This document shows positions 28,390 to 38,600 of a DNA stretch of 62,015 nucleotides, piece after piece. A program made the translations under genes and the position numbers. The notes beneath the pieces were generated by a model. The model saw only the letters and a program-made list of their open reading frames with translations, did not search any database and had not been told where the DNA came from. Source of the DNA: Sedimentisphaeraceae bacterium JB056 (lineage in GTDB: Bacteria; Planctomycetota; Phycisphaerae; Sedimentisphaerales; Sedimentisphaeraceae); NCBI GenBank assembly GCA_044440125.1, contig JBITAJ010000032.1, positions 1 through 62,015 of the forward strand, in the 5' to 3' direction. Within the stretch, counting starts at the first letter, position 1, and every line of letters starts with the position of its first letter.

Positions 28390-30895
28390 ATTTCAACCAC
28401 ATATTGTAGTATTTCAGTGAATTTCTATACTCTTCCTGTTCTTCATACATTTGTGCCAATCCAAGCATCGGTCCTGTCGCATTTCTATCTGCAGCAACAC
28501 CTTTTTTCCAGTACATTTCCGCTTTTTCAAGGTCACCTTCTGCTTTTGCTATTTGTCCCATACCGTTGAGTGCGGCGGCATTCTTTGGATTGAATTCGAG
28601 ACATTTTTCAAATGACTCTTTAGCCTGAAGATTCTTCATTTGGTTTCGTTGTGACCACCCGAGTCCCTGCCAGCCGTTTTCCATTTGAGGATAAAGAGCC
28701 AGTGCTTTTTTAAATTCTATTTCTGCTTCCGCCGGTTTGCCCTGCAGAAAAAGACGCCAGTCTGCAGCTCTAAAATTTTCCGCTGCCTTTTTCTCTTCGT
28801 CAGTTGGAACCTTGTTAATGTCTATATCTGTGGGAATATCAATATTGCCTGCAACACTTTTGCCGGAATCATTTTTCAGCGTTTCAAAAACATCTTCTTT
28901 TCCGGCAGGGAATTCTCGTACGCCATATTCTGTAAGTTCAATCACCGCCGTACCTGCATCATACTTTGCTATCCAGTGTTTTGAATCGGTCGTTATCCAG
29001 AGCGTATGCGCAAGCAATATTTGCCCGTTTGCAGTGCAGGTTACATTTGTCTTAAAACAATCTGTTGGATTCCCGCTTAAATCCACCTTGTCAATGCTCT
29101 CGACTTTAATATTGCATTCACTGATAACGCCGCATTGCGGTGGATAGATAGTGAACGATTGGTTGTATCCTTCTCTCAGCGGCATCGAACGAATTACATA
29201 AAACGCCTGCTCGTTATCGAATATATTTCCTTTGATCTCTATCGTTTTTGAAGTGCCGTTAATATTTGATATTACGGCATCATCCCCGTAAGTAATCTCA
29301 AATTTCCCACTCCAATTATCCGTAATTGCATTATCAGGTTTAAGGGTTGTTTTGTCTGCTTCTACGAAACTATATTGCTGCATTGAGGCGCCGCCTGCAG
29401 CAATTGTCGTAAAACTTTCAATTGACCAGTTGTCTTCTTTTGCTCTCGCCAGCCATAACTGTTTACCGATTTCCACACCGTTTGGTTGTGTAATCGAAAA
29501 TTTCATAAATTCATTATTCCGCATATAGCTCGTATCCGGAATGAAGGTGTTTTTAACCATGTTACTATCATCTTTTGATTCTTTTACCGTCACAATAACC
29601 TGATTGTTTGTGTTTGCCGGTACTTGCTTTTGCCATGAATATACGGTAAGTTCGTCAAATACTTGTTTCTTTGTGAAATTTTGAGTCATATCACTTATGC
29701 TCATATTATTCGGCAGGGCGAGCGTGAAGAGTTCGAGAACTTCGCTGCCATAAAAATTCTGCATTTTTATAGTCATCTCTCCATCGCTGTTTTTATCCGG
29801 CTTGCTGCCCTTTGCGTACATCCACCCAAACCCTCGCATATCTCCTGGTGCGATTGGGTTAAGTGGTTTGGCCAAAAGCTTGCGCCTGTCTTTGCTGAAT
29901 GGATCGTCTGTCATTCTTGATTCGAGTTTTTGTCCGAGCTGATTCATGACTACTATTTCGGCAGGACTGAAATTTCCGATATGTATTTCCTCATCAGGTG
30001 TGATTTTACGGGTTGTGTTGTTTTGATACAAAACTATTCCCCCGCGATAGAATGTGCCATCGGGGGTCATGCTGTAAACATGCGTGTTATTACCAATCCC
30101 TTTAGCAGTTGCCTGAATGTAATTAGAATAAAATTCGCTTCCTATATAATCCCAAATGTGTGGGGCAATTTCTCTGACGGTACTTATTTCCTGCGGGGCG
30201 GGAGCAAGCTCTTTGAGCTTTGACTGGGCTTTTTTCAGTGCCGATTTTTGCGACTTGCAGTAGTCTATGATTTTTTTATAGCACTCTGCGGCTTCGGTGT
30301 CTTCGCCTTTTTTCTCATAGCATCCTGCCATTTGAAGAAGGGCCCTTGCGGCTACTCTTTCCACATCCGCCGCCTGATCAAGCACCTGTTGATAAATGGA
30401 TATCGCTTTTTCCAGATCTCCTTCTGTTCGTTCCGCGTAAAGAGCCTGCTGGAAAAGAGCGGCTACACTTGCAGGGCTTGCTTCTTCCTCAGAACTCTCC
30501 CTTTCCTCTCCGGTTGTAAAGCTCAGAGGAGTGTAGTCTGCCGGTTGTCCCTGTTTGTTTCTGAAACCTTTGGAGCTTGATGGGCAGTTTATAGAAAAAT
30601 GATACTCATGATTGGCTTTGAGCTCAACCGGCCATTCCAGCGTACGGCTGTTAACCCATTGTGGGGAGCCTTTACCTCCGGGATAAGCATCGCCTCCGCC
30701 GCAGATGGAATAATGCCTGCCGACTGTCATATCCTCATCAAAAACGAGCCTGACGGTTTTCAGCGATGGGTCAACATCTTTCTCTCCATTTGACGGTACC
30801 ATCTCCACCAATTTAGGGCTTGCAAATGCCAATCCGTTGAAAAAAAACAAAATACCAACAATTACCAATGTCTCTCTAACCAATCTACTTTTCAT
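28325..30895 (-). CDS. Secreted Ig-like (Big_5-like) and TPR repeat protein
   Basis: Signal peptide after AGAAAGGA SD; PSNGEKDVDP...FDEDM Ig-like start; two TPR clusters; central DNEQ-containing DUF3108-like region. Confidence 0.75.
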   Translation of the reverse strand: MKSRLVRETLVIVGILFFFNGLAFASPKLVEMVPSNGEKDVDPSLKTVRLVFDEDMTVGRHYSICGGGDAYPGGKGSPQWVNSRTLEWPVELKANHEYHFSINCPSSSKGFRNKQGQPADYTPLSFTTGEERESSEEEASPASVAALFQQALYAERTEGDLEKAISIYQQVLDQAADVERVAARALLQMAGCYEKKGEDTEAAECYKKIIDYCKSQKSALKKAQSKLKELAPAPQEISTVREIAPHIWDYIGSEFYSNYIQATAKGIGNNTHVYSMTPDGTFYRGGIVLYQNNTTRKITPDEEIHIGNFSPAEIVVMNQLGQKLESRMTDDPFSKDRRKLLAKPLNPIAPGDMRGFGWMYAKGSKPDKNSDGEMTIKMQNFYGSEVLELFTLALPNNMSISDMTQNFTKKQVFDELTVYSWQKQVPANTNNQVIVTVKESKDDSNMVKNTFIPDTSYMRNNEFMKFSITQPNGVEIGKQLWLARAKEDNWSIESFTTIAAGGASMQQYSFVEADKTTLKPDNAITDNWSGKFEITYGDDAVISNINGTSKTIEIKGNIFDNEQAFYVIRSMPLREGYNQSFTIYPPQCGVISECNIKVESIDKVDLSGNPTDCFKTNVTCTANGQILLAHTLWITTDSKHWIAKYDAGTAVIELTEYGVREFPAGKEDVFETLKNDSGKSVAGNIDIPTDIDINKVPTDEEKKAAENFRAADWRLFLQGKPAEAEIEFKKALALYPQMENGWQGLGWSQRNQMKNLQAKESFEKCLEFNPKNAAALNGMGQIAKAEGDLEKAEMYWKKGVAADRNATGPMLGLAQMYEEQEEYRNSLKYYNMWLKFEPNNQMAKDGVERVKEELQK

Positions 30896-30977
30896 AAGAA
30901 TTCCTTTCTGAATATAGACACCACTATAAGATATTAACAAAAATTCACCATCCAGAAAGAAAAAATACTTTATTTTT

Positions 30978-30994
30978 GTTACCTTTACGTTACC
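30978..30994 (-). promoter_or_regulatory. Possible OmpR-family operator
   Basis: GTTACC direct repeat with 11-bp period (30978, 30989) upstream of the TPR-HK-RR operon. Confidence 0.4.
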
Positions 30995-31180
30995 GTGAGA
31001 GGGAAATCTCAAATATTATTTTGAGTCAAAGATGATTTTGTTTGAGCAGTGCTGGAGAAGCAGATAGCCAGTAGAATATGATATCGGGATTTGACAGTAA
31101 AAAAACGGGATTGAGCTTGTTGTTTCCAATCCGCTTAATCCCGTTGTTCTTCCTGCAAATTAATTTGAGATGCCGTCTTT

Positions 31181-32203
31181 TCAGCTCCCAAGCAATCCTA
31201 ATTGGCCGCATGCGGCTTTGATATTTTTGCCGCGTTTGAATCTTGTATGAGTCTCGAAACCCTTGTCTGTAAGCGACTTCTGGAATTCAAGTATAGTTTT
31301 ATGGCTGGAAGCCTCAAAATCGCTTCCGGGATGTTCGTTGTATTCAATAAGGTTGATATTGCATTTAATTCCCTTCAAAAGCCGACTAAGCTCAACGGCA
31401 TCATGAACCGAGTCATTGAGATCTTTTATCATGCAATATTCGAATGTAACCCGTCTTTGTGTTACGTGATTGTAAGTCCTTACTGCCGCGACTACTTCCT
31501 TAACCGGATACTTGTTGTTAACCGGCATTATTTTCGATCTTTCCTGATCCACAGCGGAATGCAGACTTACCGCGAGCCTGAATTGCTCATCAACCGAGGT
31601 GAAGTCGCGTATGCGTTCAGGAATTCCGCAAGTGCTTATAGTTATGTGTCTTGCGCCTATGTTGCGGCCTCTTGGATGATTAAGTATACGTGCGGAATTT
31701 ATCACGTTCTCATAATTATCGAACGGTTCACCCATGCCCATGTATACGACATTGTTTATCTTGCCCGCTTCCTGCCATACCTTGTATACCTGGTCAAGGA
31801 TTTCGCTTGCCGAAAGATTGCGTCTGAAGCCAAGCTTTGCCGTTGCGCAAAATCCGCAACCCATGCGGCAGCCAACTTGAGAGGATATACACAATGTGTG
31901 TCTGCCCTCATCGGTAAGCAGAACCGTCTCAATGTGGTAGCCGTCAAATGTCTCAAAGACATACTTCGCTGTGCCGTCATCGTCCTTATAGCTTTCTACC
32001 GGTTTCAGTGAACCTATTACCCATCCTTCTTCGGCTAATTTTTCGCGTAAAGATTTAGCGATAGGGGTGATTTGCTCGAAATCTTCGGCATCTTTCTGAT
32101 GGATAAAATCAAAAACATAGCCTGCATGAAATTTTTTGCCGCCGCAGGCAACGACAATATCCTGCAGGTCTTTTATTAACAGTGATTTAAGATCTTTTTC
32201 CAT
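31181..32203 (-). CDS. rlmN: 23S rRNA A2503 / tRNA A37 C2-methyltransferase (radical SAM)
   Basis: CISSQVGCRMGCGFC, MGMGEP, ISTCG, AVSLH, AACGQL. Confidence 0.95.
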   Translation of the reverse strand: MEKDLKSLLIKDLQDIVVACGGKKFHAGYVFDFIHQKDAEDFEQITPIAKSLREKLAEEGWVIGSLKPVESYKDDDGTAKYVFETFDGYHIETVLLTDEGRHTLCISSQVGCRMGCGFCATAKLGFRRNLSASEILDQVYKVWQEAGKINNVVYMGMGEPFDNYENVINSARILNHPRGRNIGARHITISTCGIPERIRDFTSVDEQFRLAVSLHSAVDQERSKIMPVNNKYPVKEVVAAVRTYNHVTQRRVTFEYCMIKDLNDSVHDAVELSRLLKGIKCNINLIEYNEHPGSDFEASSHKTILEFQKSLTDKGFETHTRFKRGKNIKAACGQLGLLGS

Positions 32204-32293
32204 GTATATCCTGAAAACGGGTAAATAAAAAAGGTGTCTGGGAACTGTTAAGAACCCAAACACCAACCACACTATCTAATCATTCTTTGTATA

Positions 32294-32551
32294 TTAAGGA
32301 TGATCAAATACCATCTTTTTAATTTCAACACCTTCAACACCGCTGAGAGCTTCGGCCAGGTCGTGGAATTTCGTCTCATCACCAGTGCATTCGAGCAGAA
32401 GCACGCCGTTTGGTGAACTTCCGGTTTCAACTTCGTGAAGTCCAAGGCGGGTACGTATAATGCCGCCGAACTTCGTAAGAATATCCTGTATCTCTCCCGC
32501 ATGAATCAATCTGTTAGTAATGTGTACGCCAAGAATCAGATGCTTTTCCAT
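32294..32551 (-). CDS. Small ACT-like protein (TM1266 / iron-only hydrogenase regulator-like)
   Basis: 85 aa, IQDILTKFGGIIRTRLGLHE motif; strong AAGGAG SD. Confidence 0.65.
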   Translation of the reverse strand: MEKHLILGVHITNRLIHAGEIQDILTKFGGIIRTRLGLHEVETGSSPNGVLLLECTGDETKFHDLAEALSGVEGVEIKKMVFDHP

Positions 32552-32779
32552 TATTATTCTCCTTCGATACTTACAAATTCCTATTTTCAAGGGCGAAAGA
32601 TTAAACTCTTCAACCCGTACATCACAACGAAATATAAATGCCATAAAAGGCTAAGAAATCAAAACTACAATATAAATAGTTTACCCTTAAAATGGCGATA
32701 AGTCAAGATATAACAAGAACAAGGCGAAATGGAAAGTTAAAAAACCGCAAATACCGTTTGCTTTCGCAATATTCCGCTT

Positions 32780-33880
32780 CTATTTTTCGAGTATTACGAT
32801 ATCTTCCGGTATGGCCACTACATCCCGCTGCACATCGCCAAGCTGCTTTTGTATTTCGCTTGTGTGTTTTCCCGCAATCGTTTTGAGCTGATCGCTGCTG
32901 AACGCGGTAACCGCTTTTGCCGCATCGGAGAGCTTAACCACGCTTCCTGCCTTGAAAACGCCGTCTATTTTGGTTATACCGCTTGGGAGCAGGCTTTTGT
33001 TTTGCATTATTGCCTTTACAGCTCCATCATCGATATGTATTGTGCCGGCGGGTTTGCTGTTGAGTATCCAGCGATGCCGGTTGCTCAGTCGCCTTGAGGG
33101 CATAAACACAGTTCCGATGTCTTCGCCATTTATTATTCTGGGCAGGATTGATGTTTCCCTGCCGTTTGCCAGCACAACTCTACAGCCCAGATTTGAGGCT
33201 ATTTTTACCGCCGCTATCTTAGTTTTCATACCGCCTGTTGAGTGCGTAGAGCCGTTTTCACCGGCTCCATTCTCTATTTCGGCAGTCAATTCCGTTACCG
33301 CGCTTATAGGTGTGGCGCTGGGATCTACCTTGGGGTCGGCGGTGTAAAGCCTGTCAATATCTGTAAGCAGTACCAGCAAATCCGCATCAACCTTGCTTGC
33401 GATAAGGGCTGAAAGCGTATCGTTATCGCCAAAAGCGCTGCCGATTTCGGCTGTGCTGATGCTGTCATTTTCGTTGAGTATCGGCACGCAGCCAAGCCGC
33501 AGAAGGGTTTCGATAGAATTACGTAAGTTGAGGTATGAAGTGCGGTTATCCATAATCCATGCCGTCACAAGAACTTGAGCAATGGTAATTCCCTCATTCT
33601 TGAAAGCCTTGTGATATTCGTGCATAAGCAGCGGCTGGCCTATCGCCGCACAAGCCTGTCGCATCTTGATACCCTGAACCTTGTCCTTAAGCCCAAGTTC
33701 ACCGGCTCCCATACCGATAGCGCCCGAACTCACCAGTAAAACTTCAAGCCCCTTATCATGGAGCTGTTTTATCTGGCTGGCGATATTCGCGATATACTCG
33801 ATATCAATATGCCCGTCTTTGCTCAGCGTATTGGTGCCGATTTTAACGACAACTCGTTTTATATTTGAAAAGTTACGCAT
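32780..33880 (-). CDS. proB: Glutamate 5-kinase with PUA domain
   Basis: VVKIGT, VSSGA, NENDS, FGDNDTL, TGGMKTK, SLLPSG. Confidence 0.96.
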   Translation of the reverse strand: MRNFSNIKRVVVKIGTNTLSKDGHIDIEYIANIASQIKQLHDKGLEVLLVSSGAIGMGAGELGLKDKVQGIKMRQACAAIGQPLLMHEYHKAFKNEGITIAQVLVTAWIMDNRTSYLNLRNSIETLLRLGCVPILNENDSISTAEIGSAFGDNDTLSALIASKVDADLLVLLTDIDRLYTADPKVDPSATPISAVTELTAEIENGAGENGSTHSTGGMKTKIAAVKIASNLGCRVVLANGRETSILPRIINGEDIGTVFMPSRRLSNRHRWILNSKPAGTIHIDDGAVKAIMQNKSLLPSGITKIDGVFKAGSVVKLSDAAKAVTAFSSDQLKTIAGKHTSEIQKQLGDVQRDVVAIPEDIVILEK

Positions 33881-33881
33881 A

Positions 33882-33983
33882 TTATCAGTCTTCAATTATA
33901 ATCATCAATTATCAGTTGGCTGACGCCGTAAGAAACTTACGCATTGGCGATAGCCGATAACTGTTTACTGATAACTGATAACT
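33882..33983. repeat. Inverted heptamer-repeat element (TTATCAG / ATAACTG)
   Basis: Left arm 33882-33915, three mini-hairpins (GGCTGACGCC, GTAAGAAACTTAC, GGCGATAGCC), right arm 33957-33983. Confidence 0.75.
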
Positions 33984-33987
33984 TTTG

Positions 33988-34752
33988 TTATAGCCTTACC
34001 GGCAAACCTTTTTCCGCCAGATACTCTTTTGTCTCCTTTATCGTATATTCACCATAATGGAATACTGAAGCCGCAAGCACCGCATCGGCTTTGCCCTCAT
34101 CGAGAGCCTCACGAAATGTGTCGAGATCGCCCGCACCGCCCGAAGCTATCACCGGAATATTCACCGCATCAGCAACCGCCGCGGTAAGCTCAATATCATA
34201 GCCCTTTTTTGTACCGTCAGCGTCCATTGATGTAAGCAAAATCTCGCCGGCTCCAAGTTTCTCGGCCTTGATTGCCCATTCAATAACATCAATATCGGTC
34301 GGCTCAGTGCCGCCTTTTAGGTGGACAAGCCAGTGTGAAGGGTCGTTGACATCACGCTTTGCATCTATCGCAAGCACAACACATTGCGCACCGAACCGAA
34401 TCGCCGAATCAGAGATTATCGAAGGATTGACAACCGCCGCGGTATTTAGCGATACCTTTTCGGCTCCGCTTCTCAGCAGTACATCAATCTCGTCTGCACT
34501 CGTAACGCCGCCGCCGACCGTAAACGGAATGAAGACATTCTTCGCAACTCGCTCTACAAGTTCCACGATAGTCTTTTTTCGCCTGATAGTGGCGGTTATA
34601 TCGAGAAAAACCAGCTCATCGGCTCCCTCATCACTGTATTTAGCACCAAGCTCTACCGGATCGCCCGCATCACGGAGATTCAGGAAGTTGACGCCTTTTA
34701 CAACACGATTATCTTTGACATCCAAACAAGGGATTATTCTTTTTGTAAGCAT
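33988..34752 (-). CDS. hisF: Imidazole glycerol phosphate synthase cyclase subunit
   Basis: [44 protein letters not shown]. Confidence 0.97.
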   Translation of the reverse strand: MLTKRIIPCLDVKDNRVVKGVNFLNLRDAGDPVELGAKYSDEGADELVFLDITATIRRKKTIVELVERVAKNVFIPFTVGGGVTSADEIDVLLRSGAEKVSLNTAAVVNPSIISDSAIRFGAQCVVLAIDAKRDVNDPSHWLVHLKGGTEPTDIDVIEWAIKAEKLGAGEILLTSMDADGTKKGYDIELTAAVADAVNIPVIASGGAGDLDTFREALDEGKADAVLAASVFHYGEYTIKETKEYLAEKGLPVRL

Positions 34753-34753
34753 T

Positions 34754-34788
34754 TTATCAGTTATCAATAAACAGTTATCAGTTATCAG
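34754..34788. repeat. Five-unit heptamer array
   Basis: TTATCAG TTATCAA TAAACAG TTATCAG TTATCAG; contains the hisH stop codon. Confidence 0.8.
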
Positions 34789-35410
34789 TTTGATTTGCCC
34801 GGTGCCTGTCCTTATTGCATATTTTGATGAAATTCTCAAGCACTTGCAGGCCTACAGTCGCGCTCTTTTCTGGATGGAACTGCACGCCGTAGATGTTGCC
34901 CTTCTGCACCGATGCAACAACATCGATTCCGTAATCGGTATAGGCTATCTTGGCATCGGCATCGGTTACATTGGCATGGAAAGAGTGTGCGAAATAGAAG
35001 TATTCCTTTTCTTTCATACCGTCAAAAAGGTTCATGTCCTCTGGCAGCCGGACGCTGTTCCAGCCCATGTGCGGCACAGTCAAATCTGTCGGCAATGGGC
35101 CAACGCTTCCCTTTATAAGGCCAAGTCCGGTATGTTCGCCAAGCTCTGTGCTACTCTCAAACAAGAGCTGATACCCCACGCAAATACCGATAAGCGGCTT
35201 TCCTGATGCCGCAAACGCCTTTACATACTCGGCAGTATCGCCAAGGGCATTCATCGCAAACCCAAACGCCGCGACTCCGGGAAGTATCAAGCCGTCAGCT
35301 TTGGCAATGACTTCGGGATCGTTGGAGAGTACGCTCTCACAACCTATTTTCTCAAGGGCATTGCAAACACTGCTCACATTACCCACGCAATAATCTATTA
35401 CTACTATCAT
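34778..35410 (-). CDS. hisH: Imidazole glycerol phosphate synthase glutamine amidotransferase subunit
   Basis: GN..SV, LPGV, GICVGYQ, VPHMGWN, YFAHS, QFHPEKS. Confidence 0.96.
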   Translation of the reverse strand: MIVVIDYCVGNVSSVCNALEKIGCESVLSNDPEVIAKADGLILPGVAAFGFAMNALGDTAEYVKAFAASGKPLIGICVGYQLLFESSTELGEHTGLGLIKGSVGPLPTDLTVPHMGWNSVRLPEDMNLFDGMKEKEYFYFAHSFHANVTDADAKIAYTDYGIDVVASVQKGNIYGVQFHPEKSATVGLQVLENFIKICNKDRHRANQTDN

Positions 35411-35466
35411 TTTAAGTATTAAGTTATAAGTATTAAGTTATAAGTAGAAAATTACGGCTTACAGCC
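35411..35466. repeat. Five-unit heptamer array plus mini-hairpin
   Basis: TTTAAGT ATTAAGT TATAAGT ATTAAGT TATAAGT, then GGCTTACAGCC at 35456-35466; abuts the hisH start. Confidence 0.75.
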
Positions 35467-35680
35467 ATAAGACTAAAATATTACACATAGTAGCCATTAT
35501 CAACAATAGACGCATATTTTCAACTTTAAATAAAAGGAACATTGAGTAAAGTGACTAAGAATGCCTTAATATATGCTAATTTTACTTGCAAGTGATTTTG
35601 TTTAGGTGTAGTATAGGTTTTTCTAAGATTATAAGTATTAATATTAGTGAAGTGGGTTTTCTTATTTGCGAGGTGACATT

Positions 35681-38600
35681 ATGAAACAAATTGCTGTTAT
35701 TTTTGTTTTAGCTTTATTAAGTGTCTTTTCTCCAACTTTTGCAGCGAATTATAGTGGTGGTTCGGGTACTTCGACTAATCCATATATAATAGCAACTAAA
35801 GCGGATTTACTTACTCTTGGAGCTACTACCGGAGATTATGATAAACATTTTTTAATGACATCAAATATTGATCTGGCTGGTGAGAGCTTTAACGCTGCCG
35901 TGATTGCTCCACATGATGGGAGTGATAGGTTTTTTGTCGGTGATTTTTTTTCGGGCAATTTTGATGGTAATGGCTTTGCCGTGAAAAATCTTACAATTAC
36001 TGAAAACACTTCTGTAACTTATGACCATTACAAAGGATTATTTGGCTACATTATTTATGGAGCACAAATTTCAAACCTTGGTATTGAAAATTGTAACATC
36101 ATAGCTAATAGTTATACTGGTGGCTTGGTTGGATATAATCATGGCGATATAATCAATTGCTATGCGACCGGAAACATTTCTGCTGATTCATTTACTGGTG
36201 GCTTGGTTGGTGATAATAGTTTTTATGGTAGTATAATTAATTGCTATGCGACCGGAAACGTTTCGGTTGTTGAAAAGTCAGCTGGTGGTTTGGTTGGATA
36301 TAATAGCAATAGTATAAACAATTGCTATGCGACCGGAGATGTTTCGGCTAATCAGTATGCTGGTGGCTTGGTCGGAAGTAGTTATTCTGGTTCAATAACT
36401 AATTGCTATGCGACCGGAAACATTTCTGCAACCAATTACGCTGGCGGCTTGGTTGGATGTAACTATTATTGCTACATAGCTAATTGCTTCTGGGATACTG
36501 AATCTTCTGGCATGACGGTTGGCTGCAATCTTGGTAGACCAGATTCGGGTGCTATAACCAATGTTGTTGGTAAAACTACAGCACAGATGCAGGATATAAA
36601 TACGTTTATAAATGCCGGCTGGGATTTTGTTAATGAAACGGCTAATGGTTATAGTCAGACATGGCAAATAGCCTCTGGACAATATCCTCAATTAACTGCT
36701 TTCACAAATTATTCACCTCCAATTCTTTTAGGCAATGGAACCGTTGACAATCCTTATCAAATTGGTAGTCCAGAAGACATAGGAGCTATCAATTACTACG
36801 ATTTGTTTGCTTACTATGTATTAACCAATGATATAGATTTGGCTAATACTACTTATACGGATGCTGTTATACCTATTTTCCACGGTATATTTGATGGTAA
36901 TGGATATTCCATTTATAATTTAACTATTGCTGGGGGCAATTATTGTGGCTTGTTTGGAAAAATCTTAGATGGTTCTATAAGCAATCTAAGTGTTAAAAAT
37001 AATAATATTGAAGCTGTCTCTTATACTGGTGGCTTGGTTGGGTATAATAATTCTGGTTTGATAACTAATTGTTATGTAAGCGGAGATATTTTGGCGGCTG
37101 ATCGTTATACTGGCGGTTTGGTTGGATATAATGATTCTGGGGAGATTATCGATTGTCATGCTAACGAAGAAGTCTTGACACCTTATTCTGGTAGTACAGG
37201 CGGCTTAATTGGATTTAATCTTGGCAAAATAACCAATTGTTATGCCAACGGAAATATTTCAGCGGGTGAACTTTCTGCTGGCGGTTTGATTGGATTTAAT
37301 CGGGGTGAGGTAACTAATTGTTTTGCAACCGGAGATATTTTGGAAGCAACTAGTCGTTCTGGCGGTTTGGTTGGGTATAATGAAGGCAAAATAACCAATT
37401 GTCATGCGACTGGAGATATTTGGGCAATTTATGATTATGTTGGTGGTCTGGTTGGATATAATGATTCTAGTTCAATAACCAATTGCTATGCTACTGGAGA
37501 CATTTTGGCGGCAACTAATTATACCGGCGGTTTGATTGGATGTAGTTATGGCAAAATGACAAATTGTTATGCAACCGGGAATATTACGGCTTGGGGTTAT
37601 TCGTCTGGTGGTTTGGCAGGAGCTCATTTTGACGAGATAATTAATTGTTATGCAACCGGAAAGATTTCAGCTGAAACTCAGGTTGGTGGTTTGATTGGAC
37701 GGAGTGGAGGAACACTCTCCAATTGTTATTCGACCGGAACAGTTTATGCTGCTAACGATGCTGGCGGTTTGGTTGGATACAAGCGTTATGGAGATATGAC
37801 TAATTGTTTCTGGGATATTGTATCTTCTGGTATGGCAGTTGGTTATAATGTTGACAGTTCATCTTCGGGGACTATAATCAATGTTGTTGGTAAAACCACC
37901 GCACAGATGCGAACACAAAGCACTTTTACTGATGCTGGTTGGGATTTTGGCTCTGATGGTATTTGGGCAATACCAACAGGTGCAAGGTGTCCGGTTTTAG
38001 TATCATTTCCAATCTTTACAGTAACCTTTAACGCTGGTGATAATGGCAACATAATTTATGGTGATACTATGCAGACGGTCAATTATGGTAACTTTGCAAT
38101 TGCTCCGATAGTCGCGTCTATTGACGGTTGGTATTTTATGGGTTGGGATTATGATTTTGACCATATAGACAATGATATTATTGTTAATGCAATTTATCGC
38201 CAGCGGTTTAATGGCAAAGATGGCATAAGCGAACCATTAGAGATTGTTTTTGCAGACGAGCTTAAATATTTTAGCAATAATAGTAACCTTTGGGGTCGTG
38301 ATGTAGAGCTTAAAGCAGATATTGACTGCTCTCAAGTCGTAATAACTCCGATCGGAAGTATTGAATCGCCATTTAACGGTACTCTCAATGGTTGCGGCTA
38401 TATTATCGAAAATCTTGCTATAAGGGATTTTGATCAGATGGCAGTAGGTTTATTTGGTATAATTGGTAAAAATGCCTTAGTTAAAAACTTTGGAATTATT
38501 GCGGAAATAGTCGCTATAAGCAGAGCAAATGGTGATACTGGTCTGATTGCAGGGCAAAACTTCGGTACAATAAGCAATTGCTACGGTGATGGTTCAGTTA

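Noticed and set aside
31202..32011. 269-aa plus-strand ORF
   Set aside because: Antisense shadow of rlmN with no recognisable motifs
34268..35206. 312-aa plus-strand ORF
   Set aside because: Antisense shadow of hisF/hisH
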